Origin: Hemiscyllium ocellatum
Lineage: Eukaryota
Reading direction: 5' to 3'
DNA length: 64,000 bases
Assembly (NCBI RefSeq): GCF_020745735.1
Contig: NW_026867467.1
Coordinates: 1,406,200 to 1,470,199, forward strand
Shown here piece after piece: positions 11,956 to 25,545 of the stretch. The stretch's first letter is position 1. The number at the start of each line of letters is the position of its first letter. Position numbers and translations under genes: made by a program. The notes below the pieces were generated by a model, which did no database searches, had not been told where the DNA came from, and was given only the letters and a program-made list of their open reading frames with translations.

Positions 11956-14254
11956 TCACATTGGTGAGTTTCTGTATCCCATGAGGTAGATTCAATGCAG
12001 TCAGTAATGAGAAATAAAGCAGATCAAATATAATGTTGTTAATTATTATTAGGTCAATTAATAGGGATAACTATATGCTGTTCTATGAGCCTCAGGATTT
12101 AAAAGCCTTTTCAGTGGAGCCACTGCTGATTTACCCAACGGGCTATCCTGGTGAACTCACTGATACGGAAACCTCTATAATCTGGGACAATGATGAAATA
12201 CAAACTGACTGGAACCGCAACTTAGCAGAAAAACTAGGGAACAGAGAGAGATTGGGGCCGAAGCTCAGAACACAGAGGCACTGCAAACCCACACACCCAC
12301 TGACACAGCTTCTCGAGATGGGTTATGATGTGGTTCTGCACTATTCAGTTCTGATCTATGATCGGAACCAATGCTTCTCTGTCAAGCCGATGTGGTTTAT
12401 GGATAAAAATAATGTCTGCTAAAAGGCAACTACAAAGCTCTCTTGCGATAATGTGACACAGAATCAAGTGAAATGTGGAGTATCTCCTTTTGGGGCTTCT
12501 TGCATCCTTTCAAGTGGCAGCTGAATTTGGTGATCAGGTATCAGTTACTATCGAATTGGATGAAATCTTGTTAGTGGTTCATTTATTTACATTTCCCTAT
12601 CTCTGAGGTTTGCCCCATTTCTTTATTAAAGAGCCAATGTGTGTGAGATCTCTTTAGGGCTGTCCATAGGATAGCCGTACTCCTGCCACTGAGCAAATGC
12701 ATATTGATATCTGCCTTTAAAAACAATCTGAATCTATGGTCACATACTGGTGTAGGAACTGAGTGGGGCCCAGAACAGAATGAGCAACTCTTCATCTGCT
12801 GCAAACCAATGTGGGCAGCTTTTCAAACTGTCATTATCACAAGGGTGTTTTTGGTGCCATATTCACTATTCAGAATAACAATTAATTTTCCTGTTCGTGC
12901 AGCATTTCTCTCTATTACTTTACATAACAGTGTGCTGTGTGTATGTGCACGTAGTTCGTTTCTATTTATTCCTGTTCCTCAATGGCTTTGAAATTGTTGC
13001 TGTATAGGATCAAAGGTAAAGTAATGTCTCCACAAGGATATTGTTGCTGGTTTCCCTCTGAGACCAGTGCAGAACTTTACCAGTTCATTGTCGGCCTGAT
13101 ACATTATAGTGAAGTTTCACTCTGCCAGCTGGGACAACATGGACATTTGAGTATTGATGAAAATAAAGTGTTTTTTTATTGAAGTCTTTAGTATTGTACT
13201 TATCAGGACACTCTCAAGAATACCAATGGTAAGGGAGAAAGCATTTAATCTGTCTGGGTAATGAGTGCTGATTGGTAAAGGCATGGAGAATGGACCAGGT
13301 GATGATTGGCAGTTAACTGCCAATGCTTGTTGTGATTTGACTAAATTGGTGATGGCCATTCTCGGACTCATTTGGCAGGGCAATACCTTGACCACTCAGG
13401 CAACCTGCCAATTGCAAACTTAACAAAGTTTAGCTGTTAACTGTCCGTCACCATCTGACCAGTCCATTTCCACTGGGGACATCTCGATCAATCATTGTGC
13501 ACTTTCCAAAGCATCAGAACTTGTTCAGTGTAAAATGTTGTTTCCCTTAATATCAAAATCCTTGCAGCTATCCTGATGTATGCAAGACAAAAAAAAAAGA
13601 GCATGTCCTATTTTATATCAATATCCAATTTCTATATTTGCAAACAACCGTTTGAATATGGGAACCTTTTGTTAATGGAGTATCCAACATCCAGCTGATA
13701 TCATTAAAATGGAATCTAGTTTTCGAATTTGAAATGATTTAACCCCCTGACAAGCCCACTTTGTACATGCAGATCCTTTTTGAATATTGTATCAGTCTGG
13801 CTGTTGAAAGACAGCTTTGGAAAGTTGTTTATTTCTGTTAACTTCTATTAAAGGAATTGCTGAAACGGTGGATAATGCATTCTATTGCAGTTACAAAACT
13901 GAGATATCTTGTGAAATCAGGAGATGTGCACAGTGCAAATAAAAATCCCATTTAATGCTGGCCTGGACAAGACTGGTAAACTTAAACTTGTGCTTATAGA
14001 GAAAGGACTGAGATCTTAACTGGCTCATTATCATCGAATGTATTGAGTTTAAACTTATGTCTATCTCTAAATTCTTCAAGGCCTTGATCCACGCTGTCTC
14101 TTGTACCCCTTATATACACACTCTGTTCTTTGGTTCTCTGATTGCTTTATATCTTTTTGTCCATGAGTATGGTCAAGCCCCCTTAATTAGCTGTACTTTA
14201 CTGATAAACTTCCTTACATGCCCTCTGGTACTCATTCTCACTCGAATGCTGAAT

Positions 14255-14990
14255 ATAGGGTTAAAGGCAGGATTCTTGGCAGTGTGGAGGAACAGAGGGA
14301 TCTGGGTGTGCAAGTACATAGATCCCTCAAAGTTGCCACCCAAGTGGATAAGGTTGTGATGAAAGCATATGGTGTTTAGGCTTTCATTTACAGGGGAATC
14401 GAGTTTGAGAGCAGCGAGGTTTTGCTACAGCTCTACAAGTCCCTGGTGAGACCACACCTGGAAAATTGTGTCCAGTTCTGGTCACCCTGCTATAAGAAAT
14501 AGATAGAGGCTTTGGAGAGGGTGCAAAGAAGGTTTGCCAGGATGCTGCCTGAACTGGAGGGCTTGCCTTATGAAGAAAGGTTGAATAAGCTCAGACTTTT
14601 CTCTCTGGAGAAGGAAGAAGAGAGGAGACCTGATTGAGGTATACAAAATAATGAGAGGAATAGATAAAGTCAATAGCTAGAGAATTTTCCCCAGGGCAGG
14701 ATTGACTGGTACGAGGGGGGTCATAGTTTTAAGATATTAGGAGAAAGGTATAGAGGAGATATTAGAGTAGGTTCTTTACACAGAGAGTTGTGAATGCATG
14801 CAATACATTGCCAGCGGTGGTGGTGGAAGCAGAGTCATTAGGGACATTTAAGTGACTGCTGGACATGCACATGTTTAGCAGTGAGTTGAGGGGTGTGGAG
14901 GTTGTTATATTTTACATTAGGATTAGACCTCGGCACACTGTTGTGGGCCAAAGGGCCTGTTCTGTGTTGTATTTTTCTATGTTCTATGTT
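14255..14990 (+). mobile_element. CR1-type LINE 3' fragment
   Basis: ORF2 C-terminal similarity and TTCTATG tail. Confidence 0.88.
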
Positions 14991-16757
14991 AAAGCATCTC
15001 ATAAATGTGAGTATTAATATCCACTTTGGCAGATTTAATTGATTTTCATTGGAATGTATCTGCCAAACCTTTAGCAAAATTGAATCAGCAAACAGCTTCA
15101 AACTGTGCATACGTCCAACTCAAAACATTGCTGCTCCTCATTAACTTTTTCAAATGCACTGCTCCATTCCAAATAGCGGACCACCCGTTCCCATTCATAG
15201 AAATGTGTTTCTGACGGATGGAAGTGGTTGTTTCTGTACTTCTGCCATTTTTATTGAACTCATCTCAAGTTACACTTTAGAATTTGACTGTCAGGCCAAG
15301 ACTGTTTGTGTTAAGCTTTAACAATTTTGACCAGGTTGCCAGCTCTTCATGTTCTTGAATATTGGAATGGGACTGGGTTCTATCAGCCCTCTAGGGACAG
15401 GCTGCAAGGTCATTAGGTGGATAATAGGGTGGAAGATGATAAGGGAAGGAAGGAGTTTCCACCTCCGTAGTATGTTATTGATCCCAAATTCGGGAAAGGA
15501 TGACCACTCAGGTGGTCAATGTAGAGTGTGTTCCAGCCAATGCTGGCAGTTTATTAGCAGTAAGGTCCTCCATTGTGTGGGAGACCTCCCCCTGCATCCT
15601 AGTGACACACCTGGAGGATGTCCCTCCTAATGAAGTACCTTGTGGCTCACAACAGGGTATCCCATCTGCACACTGGAACAGTCTCCTGTCCATGGTGGCG
15701 ATCACTACGGGAACTGGAAATCAGAGTAAGTGGGTGAAAGAAGCCGTGAGGGCGAGAGTGTTCACAACATTCCCAGGACCAGGTTGGCAGCTCCTACTGA
15801 GGCCATTAATAAGTCATTAAGATCCCCCAATTGGTGCAAGGACGATGGGTTAGTCCTACTCCTAGTAAGAGGACTGTGATTCCTGCTGTTTCAGTGCTAT
15901 CAAGCAAATCGTGAAGTGTGGCCATGTGATAAAATCATTTACATTCAGTGCTGGATACTTGAGACTTTTTGTGAGAAACTTTATAACTCTTCTAAATGTT
16001 CTTAATGCACTTTTTGTTTCATGCAATGGTGATTTTCTACATAGGATTACAGAGGGAAAACAGACCATTTGGCACAATCAGTTTATGCCAGTGCTTATGT
16101 TCTACTCAAGGTGTTTCACATCTTTCCTCATCTAAATCGCCTGTTGCAATTCTCTATTCCCATCCCTTCCTAGTGCTCGCCTAGTTTCCTTGAAATACAT
16201 CTAAACTATTGATTTCAACTATTCCGTCTGGTCACATATTCCCCATTCTCATCATTCTTTCAGTGAAGAGGTTTCTTCTGAATTCCCTTTTGGACTTCTT
16301 GAGGTACCGTCTTATATTGACAGCCTCGAGTTATATTCTATCCCACAGTGAAATGTTTTCTTTGTACCTTCTCTTTTCAAAACCTTTCTTAATTTTCGAA
16401 CTGTCAGCCTTCTTTTCAAGAGAGAAGTGAACAGCACAACAATTCTTCCTGGATATACACAGCCAGAAACTTGTGGAGCTTTCTCATAAATCATCTCTTT
16501 ACTCTCTCTCATACATTCTATAATATGTCAACTCGAACTGCAAACAATACTCTTAATTATAGTCAACCAAATTTTTATAGTGACCCTACTTTCAAATCTA
16601 TCCCTTTAGAGATAAAACTTGGTACTTTGTTTGCATTTTTATGGCCTTTGGAACCTGTGGTGAAATTGTTAGTGACTGATGTAATTGTCTGAAATCCCTT
16701 TGTTTGTCTCCCTCACTTAGACGTGCATCTTTGAATAAGTGACCTGCACATTATTCC

Positions 16758-17445
16758 AAGGCCCCAAGGGATCCTTCCATATCCACCACAAATTCACCTG
16801 CACCTCCACACACATCATCTATTTCATCCGCTGCACCCGATATGGCCTCCTCTATATTGGGGAGACGGGCCACCTACTTGCGGAACATTTCAGAGAACAC
16901 CTCTGGGACACCGGACCAACCAACCCAACCACCCCGTGGCTCAACACTTTAACTCCCCCTCCCACTCCACCAAGGACATGCAGGTCCTTGGACTCCTCCA
17001 TCGCCAGACCATAACAACACGACGGTTGGAGGAAGAGCACCTCATTTTCCGCCTGGGAACCCTCCAACCACAAGGGATGAACTCAGATTTCTCCAGTTTC
17101 CTCATTTCCCCTCCCCCCACTTTGTCTCAGTCGAATCCCTCGAACTCAGCACCCCCTTCCTAACCTGCAATCTTCTTCCTAACCTCTCCGCCCCCACCCC
17201 ACTCCGGCCTATCACCCTCACCTTGACATCCTTCCACCTATCACATCTCCATCACCCCTCCCCCAAGTCCCTCCTCCCTACCTTTTATCTTAGCCTGCTG
17301 GACACACTTTCCTCATTCCTGATGAAGGGCTTATGCCCGAAACGTCGAATTTCCTGTTCCTTGGTTGCTGCCTGACCTGCTGCGCTTTTCCAGCAACACA
17401 TTTTCAGCTCTGATACTCCAGCATCTGCAGACCTCACTTTCGCCT
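16758..17445 (+). mobile_element. 5'-truncated Penelope-like element (GIY-YIG endonuclease region + terminal repeat)
   Basis: FTCTS..IIYFIRC...YIGETG motif; 13-bp TSD TGCACATTATTCC at 16745-16757 and 17446-17458. Confidence 0.88.
17315..17350 (+). ncRNA. Minimal type I hammerhead ribozyme motif
   Basis: ATTC-CTGATGA-A-GGGC-TTAT-GCCC-GAA-ACGT-C-GAAT: core, stem II, palindromic stem III, ATTC/GAAT stem I. Confidence 0.75.
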
Positions 17446-18034
17446 TGCACATTATTCCTACCAAGATGTAATACCTTACCTTTATCTGTGTGGATCTTCA
17501 TTTGCTAATTATTTGAACATACCGTAAATTAATTAATGATCTCTTGCAACTTCTTGTAGTCCTCAGAATTGGCTACATTTCAACATTCCTTTCCAATTTC
17601 ATGTCATTGTATTGCTAATTTTTTGTCGTAATTAGATGCAATATTTAATTTGCAGTTTTACTTTATTTTGTTTTGAATTTTTAGAGAGGTGCAGTAATCC
17701 ACACATTAACTACAACAACTAAATGTAGAATGACAGATAGATAAAAATTATTACAAACACTGGACTAATTAATAGACTCTATTAACTTCATGGTCAAAAC
17801 AGGGAATTATTTTTTACACGAATGATATGGTGCACTATCTGTAGTACAATAACTTTTTGTCCATTTTTTTGTTGTAGTTTATTTTTCAGGTCTTTCCATA
17901 CACACCATAAATTGAAAAGGCACCCATCCTCCATTTTAAACTAAATGATAATGAAAAAACAACATTTATATTAAATGCAACATGATTTATGAAGCCAATC
18001 CTCTAGGCTTATACATATTCACAGCCATGTAGAG

Positions 18035-18480
18035 TTATATAGGGAGAGGCTGAATAGGCTGGGGTTGATTTCTCTGGAGCTTTGGAAGCTGAGGGGTGAC
18101 TTTATAAAGGCTTATAAAATCATCAGAGGCATGGATACCGTGAATAGGCAAGGTTTTTTCCCTGAGATGGGTGGAGTCTCATCTAAACCTACACTCATGA
18201 GTCTAGGTTTAGAGTGAGAGGGGAAAAAGTTGAAAGTACCTAAGGAGTAACTTTTTCATGCAGAGGGTGGTGTGTATGGAATGAACTGCCAGAGGAAGTG
18301 GTGGAGGCTGGTGCAATTTCAACATTTAAAAGGCATCTGAGTGTGTATAAGAATAGGAAGGGTTTAGAGGGATATGGGCCAAGTACTGGCAAATGGGACT
18401 AGATTAGTTTAGGATATCTGGTCAGCATGGGCAAGTGAGACTGAAAGATCTGTTTCCAAGTTGTACATCTCTATGACTCT
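18035..18480 (+). mobile_element. CR1-type LINE 3' fragment (second subfamily tail CTATGACT)
   Basis: ORF2 C-terminal similarity and 3' UTR. Confidence 0.8.
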
Positions 18481-21226
18481 GTGATCTACCCCTTTGCTCT
18501 TAATGTACTAGTCGAATCTCTTTGGATTATCTTGAACATTATCTGCCAAGGCTATCTCATTTTCCTTTCTTGCCCTCCTCATTTCCCTCTTTAGAATGTC
18601 CCTGCCCCTCTTTTACTCTTCGAGATTCACTGAATCTTACTTATCTATATCTAATATATGATTCATTCTTAATCTGAACCAGATTAAGAATGAATATCTT
18701 TATTCATTCTGAATATCTTTATTCCTCCAGTGTTCCCTCCTCTTACCAGCCTTATCTTCACACTAACAGGAACATCATACCTCCGAACTCTCGTTATCTC
18801 ACTTCTGAAAGCTTCACTCTTGCCGGCCGTCCCTTGAGCTGCAAACAGTCTACTCCAATCAACTCTTGAAAGTTTTTGTCTCATACTATCAAAATTTGCC
18901 CTAGTTCAATTAAGAACTTTAGCTTATATATAATGCCAATCCTTTCCATAGATATTTTAAACTAATCGAAATATGACCCGGGCCCCAAAAAGCTCCCCTA
19001 CTAACCATTCAGTCACTTGTCCTGCCTTATATCACAAGAGTAGGTCAGGTTTGCTCTTTCTGTGAGAGTTACATCTGCATATTAATGAAGAAAATTGACT
19101 TTAGCACTTACCACATTCCTCACCATCCAAACTCTTAAGATCATGACTGTCCCACTTTATGTTTGGAAGGTTAAAACTTGCGATTATTGCAATCCTATTA
19201 TTCTTACATATAAATAAGATCTCTCCACATATTCATTACTCAATTTCACTCTGACTACTGGGGGGACTATTACAATTGCATCAAAGTAACCATGCCCTTC
19301 TTATTTATGAGTTCCATCCACATAGCTTCAGTGGACCATCCCTCAGAAATACCTTGTGTTAGAACAGCAGTAATGTATCACCACAAGAAAAAATGACTCC
19401 AATCTCCTTCTAGCTCTTCCTACTTCTGCCGTATCTTTGATGGTGGGAGGGGCTTTGAACATAAATTATTCAATTTACTGGTGATGGTTAGTAGCAGAAA
19501 ATAAAGAGACTGTGGGGGACTTGGGTGATGGGAAATAAAAGGTTACATTGTGTGGAAAGAAAATTCTGGATATAAACAAGAATTTTAAAAAACGAACTCC
19601 ACTCTGTCTGCCCAGCTCTTGCCTTCACCTCTGTACCTCCAGAGTACTTTCCTTTTATTTTGATGAGTTCAAGTTAGTCTCACCCGCTATTTTGTACTTG
19701 CCAACCATTTGTTAACGGGTGTTTGCTGTTACAGAATGTAGGCTGCCTTACTGTGTACGTTCTCAGAGTTCAGTGTTTGGAGTCCTTGTTGTTTCAACCT
19801 GTGCTTTGGTCCATCATGCAAAATTACAGAAAAATATTAACAGCAATTTAAGGTAAAATGTTAGGATATTGGAAGAACAGCTAAGAGCATCAAGTTTGAC
19901 AGAGGGGTTGTGGGAAAGGACATGGAAAGCAGCAGGGTTTCCAGAACTTCTGATCTTTGTCTTCTCTGATCGAAATCAACCTGTGATTTATCATTTTTGA
20001 GGATTGTTATTCATTAATATCGGTGTGTCAGATAGATCTCCGTCTCAGGGAGGGGTGACGTGCTTCTTTGTTTTGTGATGAACTCAGAGGAACATACAAT
20101 AGTAAGGGGGTAAACCCAAAGGGGGTGAAGGAGCAGAGGATCCTCCATGTGTATGTGCACAAATCAGGGAATGTACCATGATACGTGGACAGAAGAGCAA
20201 CTAAACCCTACTTCATCAATAACACCGTAGAGAACAAACACAAAGCAATTATGTTAAACTGAAATCAAACAGTCTCTTGTCTCACCTGGAATGTTGCATC
20301 TAGTTTCAGGGGCCACGTTTTTGACAAAAGGCAAAATTATGAGATTGGGTGCGTGACTGATTCACAACACTATTCCCGGGATGATGCACCTCACCAACTC
20401 TGAGAAATTGAGAATGTTCTCCTCTGCTGATAGTTTCCAGACTCTGTGAACAGTTGCTATGATTGGTTCCCAACTCTGTCTTGCATCATATAGATCCCAA
20501 TGGCTGAATATTTCAGGGACTCATGAGCTCTGACTTGCCTGATCAACATCGACCTCTGATTTATTATTTTTGAGGGTTGCTGTTCAGTAATATCCCTGTA
20601 TCAGATAGATCCCAGTCTCATTCCCTGGGATTTGACAGGTGTGGTGTGTCAAATAGATCCCAGGAATAGTGCTCCATGAGATTTATGTGTGAGGAAAAAC
20701 TCCAGTTCTGAGAATCCGCCCTTGGATTGTGCACGTGTTGTGTCTGACTACCTGACTGAACGTTGACATTTTTGGCTGATGAATGCTTCGTTGGGCGCTT
20801 TAGGTGGCGATTTATGCATTACTAACCCAGGCTGTCCGGACATTGGGAGTACATGTAGTTTAGACGGTGTAGAGTAAACTTTCAAACTCCTTTGCCTGCC
20901 TTTTATAGGCTTCTGGTGGAGCAAAGCTCCTCATTTGTATCATTACGTGACCCGAGGCCGTGACCTTTGGTGCATAAGAGGAAATGTTCTCTAATCATTC
21001 TGCCTCTGGAGTGTTCCATCAGGCATATCGTGTGAAAGATGCATTTACATTAGTGGGCGGCATGGCAGCGCAACATTAAACTAAATGACTGGATGAAACA
21101 CAACCAAACAGAACAAGTGAAAGTATTTGGCTGGGAAAGGAGTAGGATGTGGGAAAATGTTTGATTACTGGCTGGCCTTGAAGAAAGAATTAAGCAAACT
21201 CAAGGTTAGTGCATATTCATTCGAGA

Positions 21227-21232
21227 TTTATT
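21227..21232 (-). terminator. Probable poly(A) signal for membrane mu mRNA
   Basis: First AATAAA on the minus strand after the TM2 stop, about 430 nt downstream. Confidence 0.6.
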
Positions 21233-21661
21233 AACCATTTCAGAAAGCATTTTTATCCAAAAAGTTGATGTAAAAGCTAACAGAAGTGAATATAATGGTT
21301 GGGTGCCACATTGAGACGAGAACACATGCGCTGTGAGGTGGGAATTTTCTGTACATCAGTAACAGTCACAAGAAAGGGAATACAAAGGCTCATCAGAAAG
21401 GGTAGGCAACCATTCTGAGTAAGGAACAAATAAAAACAAAACAAATGGGCTTCAAACAACAGGGAAGCTACAAATTCTTCCAACCACAACCATTTCAAAG
21501 ATATCAAAGTAAAAACGAAAATCCATCAATTATTGTCTCAGTTACACACTGATAAACTGAAGTGATCTCACTGTGAGAGTCAGCAACAGGACAGATTGTA
21601 GATTGGGAATTCAGAGACCTTGATAAGCAGATCAGGAAAATCAAAGGGGTCCACAACTCAT

Positions 21662-21670
21662 TCACTTAAC
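21662..21670 (-). CDS. IGHM: IgM TM2 exon coding part (VK*), giving a KVK cytoplasmic tail
   Basis: TTTCCAG|GTT AAG TGA, phase 0 with TM1. Confidence 0.9.
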   Translation of the reverse strand, partial: VK

Positions 21671-21809
21671 CTGGAAAAGAGAAATAAAGCAATGACACAG
21701 ATATTTATGATCAGGGACTTTCAGATTTAATGTTTATTCAATGGCACACTTAGAGATTTCACAAAACATATTGGGCTGTTTGGCATGAGAAAGATGTGAT
21801 TATTCTCAC

Positions 21810-21937
21810 CTTCACCAGAGTGACGGCAGCGCTGTAGAAAATACTCAGGAAGAACAAGGTGATGAACGTGGAAGCAGTTGTCCAGATGTTGCTGTTATCA
21901 TCCTCATAGTCTTCAATCCAAGTGCGTTCTATTGAAT
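21810..21937 (-). CDS. IGHM: IgM transmembrane exon TM1 (DSIERTWIEDYEDDNSNIWTTASTFITLFFLSIFYSAAVTLVK)
   Basis: TAG| acceptor in phase 1 with the Cmu4 internal donor; CART motif; AAG|GTGAGA donor. Confidence 0.96.
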
Positions 21938-22429
21938 CTATGAATATAAAGCCGAGAGAACGCATTTAGATCGTTTATTGATCCAGATCGATCTATGTGT
22001 ATCCAAGTCATGTAATTAGAGACCATTACATCTTCATAAAGCAGTCAGGTATTTCTCAAGTGTGACTCTTATCTGTATCCATCAGTGCATTATTGACTCT
22101 CAGCAAGAAATTACAAATACTGACTGCACATGTTCTTTCTTCATTGTCCATGTCAGAATGTTTTAAATTAATTTTCTTTTAATCTATTATTTAAGGATAT
22201 TATTATTTGAGGAATGCTTATTACGAATGATTATTTTAATTATATCATTATATTTTAAATATAGGCTGTGACAGCACTTTAGTTGAAAATTGTGGCCATC
22301 ACTGAATAAAAGTTCAAATGTGATTCTCACCTTTATGTATTGATGACCAATTGCTTGGCAAATCGTGAATATAAGTGACATCACAGTCAGGACATTGCTT
22401 CATATTTTTGTTTGTAGGATCTGTATATT

Positions 22430-23530
22430 TAGGAATAAGTTTTTGTACATGTGTCCCTTAATTTATTTGACCTACTGCTTGGTGTGTTTGGTTTCCCTTT
22501 AATGGTTGTGTATGTGGTTGAGTGCCTCTTACTTCACTCTTGCCCATGTTGGAGTCTGTGCATGAATAAACATATTCCTGTTCCTTTACTGCTAGTGTTC
22601 TCATGTGTTTGTGCACCGAAATTTTGGTCTTTTCACATTGTGTAAGCATCATTATGCTAATATGCCACTTCATTGTTGCCTATGCTTATCTTGAAATGTC
22701 TTTGTGAGTGTTCACTTTTCATTAGTGCTATCTAAAATGTGTGCTTATGTGTCTGTTTCAGGTCCTACCTAAACTAGGTTATTTTCATGTTATGCTTAAT
22801 AAATGTTAGCATGCAACGTCATGTTTTGATGGATGTTTATATTTATATGATGATGTCTGCTTGTGTGGCAATCTTTCCCAAACCATCTCCTGAGAAGCTT
22901 GTTTGTGTTAGTGTTTGTGGATGCTTGCTGATGCTTGTGCTCATTATCCTTATTTAATAAACGCCCCTCTATTTATTGATCTATGCACTTGTGTGTCTGC
23001 ATGTGAGACTCGGAATTTGTGTGTACGTGTGACATTGTATACATGCTGATCAATGTGGTTTAAAAATAACTAATTAAGCTGCCTCTGTCATCTTATGTTT
23101 GTGATTCTGAAAATGGGAAAATAATTATATTAATGTTTATCTCTGTGCACTTACGTGCCTGTATGAGTTGACATGTGGGAGGACATTTTTTGGAATTTGT
23201 ATCTGTGTGTTCATGCGTGTATGTCTGTACGCATTGTGCTGTATGAATGTATATGTATTCATGCCCATTTGTGTGTTACCGTGTGTCTATATTTCTCATG
23301 GTTATGTGTGAGTACTCCTGATCATTTGTTCAAATAATTTTCTTTCGGTGTATGTGAGTTTTTGTATGAGCTTAGGTGAGTGTTCAAGTACCACTTGCAT
23401 GTGTGGCTCTGTGCGAGTATGCATGTGTGACATCTTATCTGTATGCACATTTGAGTGTGCACATCAATATGTGTCTTTAGGTGAGAGCCCATATATGTGT
23501 CATTCCGTGTGTATTTGCGATCATCTCTCT
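22430..23530. repeat. Degenerate TG-rich (sense-strand CA-rich) low-complexity tract in the Cmu4-TM1 intron
   Basis: Dense TGTG/ATGTG/GTGTC motifs over about 1.1 kb. Confidence 0.6.
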
Positions 23531-24664
23531 GTATCTGTTCTTATACCAGACTGCAATTTTTATTATTCTAATTTATTGTTCTAATTTTAATGGATTGCCT
23601 ATAATTAGATTTGACCTTGGTGTTGTAGGAAACATTTCCCATCGTCGTGAAGAGATAAGCGTTTTATGAGCAACTCTTCTGTTGCAGTGATAGAATTTGT
23701 GTCTCTGAGAGAAAAGGCGTGAGTTCAAATCCCCACTGCCCCAGAGATAACATTTCTGAATATGTTTATTAGAAAATGTCTACTTGTGTTCTGTATGTGA
23801 AACAAAATGATATCAGGTATTCGAATACCAGAATTGATCCCATGTGCTCCAGAAAACTGAGACAAAACTACAGAATTCAAACCGGGACAATGCAAACACC
23901 AGTTTTGGATTAGGGGAATCAATGTTAATCATTTGTTAACAGAGCCCAAGCATGTCCAACATGTTTCAAAGGTATTATTTTGCATGGAAATGTTAAATCT
24001 TTGGACAGTAAGCAAGAAGCTGACTGTTCCTGTTAGTAACGGGGTTACATTACAGAGGACATCTACCATGAAAACTCTGCACAGGGAGCAAGAGGACAGA
24101 CCATTCATCGTTCCCCTCCCCTCTGCTCCACGACAACTTATCTGTCGATTCTCTTTGGTGTGAAAGTGAAGCTACATTCTGTCAACTCATGCACTGGTGC
24201 AAGATCCCTGGCAGTTCCCCAGAAACAACGGTTACATTCAAACTGTTCTGCACTCTTTACGATTGGTATGTTCCAATCAAATTTAATTTTAAAGTGTCTT
24301 AAATTTACATTTCCAATTGGTGCAATGTGGCAGTTTAAAACTGACATGAATTTTATAAGAATGTCCAATCAGGGGAATCAAGAACACCAAGTTCAAAACT
24401 CGTGCTCTACCCTGGACATAAAATGGACATTGTCAGATTTTGTCACAGAGGGATTTAGGATGGATAAGGTACTTGGCGGAATCCTGCAATGAGTGAGCTT
24501 TACTCTGTCTCTGACCCAGGGTGTATCTGAGCAGAGAACATTAACTGCACAAGACACTTGTCCTAGACCTGTTAATAACCCACTTTAACTACACAGATGG
24601 AATGTAAGTCAGAGTGAGAAACAACTCATTCAGTATTTAACTCACAACTGGAGGAAAAAGAAAC

Positions 24665-24670
24665 TTTATT
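24665..24670 (-). terminator. Poly(A) signal for secreted mu mRNA
   Basis: AATAAA about 37 nt after the secretory stop codon. Confidence 0.8.
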
Positions 24671-24706
24671 ACTTCTGTTGAATTATTAAATGCAACTTTG
24701 AGATTT

Positions 24707-25098
24707 TTATTGACATGAATTAACAGTGTCCATCAGTGCAAGTGAAATGTTTACGAAACTCGGTTTACCGCTGGATTTATCGACTGTTCTGTTGATGATC
24801 TTCAATGGAATCGCTTCATGTCCCACCACACAGGAGTAAGAAGCACCGCTGGCCCACTCCTCCGCTGTAATGGATAACAGGCTGTAGATGAAGAAGGAAG
24901 TGTTGTCACTCTCTGCCATCACCTCGGTGTTCTTGTAGTTACTGGGATTCACCGGCTTGTCATTGTTTGTCCACTTGACGAAGATCTCTCGGGGGGAGAA
25001 ACCTCTCACTAAACAGGTGAGGGAGAGAAACCTCTGTGCGGAGATTTCTTCTGTTGGTGGCAGGAGGACTGACACTGATGGCTCCAGCGGATTAATCA
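24707..25098 (-). CDS. IGHM: IgM Cmu4 exon plus secretory tailpiece (...[24 protein letters not shown]); internal donor for the membrane form after 24769
   Basis: CAG| acceptor at 25098; [11 protein letters not shown] motif; tailpiece with NIS glycosylation site and penultimate Cys; internal G|GTAAAC donor. Confidence 0.96.
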
Positions 25099-25545
25099 CT
25101 GCAGAATATTTGAGACAAATATAAATCAATCAAAAACATCCTGAACCAATATCACAATTTCACTCAATATTAAAATACGCCATTTTTAATTTGGGATTTA
25201 TTCACTTTTGTTTTCTAAAAGAGTACACATTCTGTTCAGTAAAAAAAGTAAAGTTTAATGTGAAAGTTGCCTCCATGTTTCCAGCCCACAACAAGGGCAT
25301 TCTGTCCAATTGTCATTGCTGATGGTGACATCACAACCCAGGTTTCTTCCCACCTTATCTGATTTAATCAGAATACAATATCCTTTGGTCCATCTTTTTC
25401 TTAATCAGCTACTTAGTTATCCTGCCTTCAGATGCATCATAAATGCTCCCAACGGTGTTTGTTCATTCCCAATCAAAGCCTGCCATTGATGTAACTGGAT
25501 CTGGATTACACATGGGATGCTTTGTGTTTTAATCTCACCGCTCAC

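Noticed and set aside
11950-12000. Splicing of IgM exons into the env ORF
   Set aside because: The acceptor after the TACTGAC branch-like motif gives stops in both relevant phases; the only in-frame AG has no pyrimidine tract.
12033-12422. ORFs such as 12033..12422, 36550..36774, 40563..40940, 44218..44427 and 46047..46418 as host genes
   Set aside because: No recognisable domain, splice context or family motif; lengths are compatible with chance.
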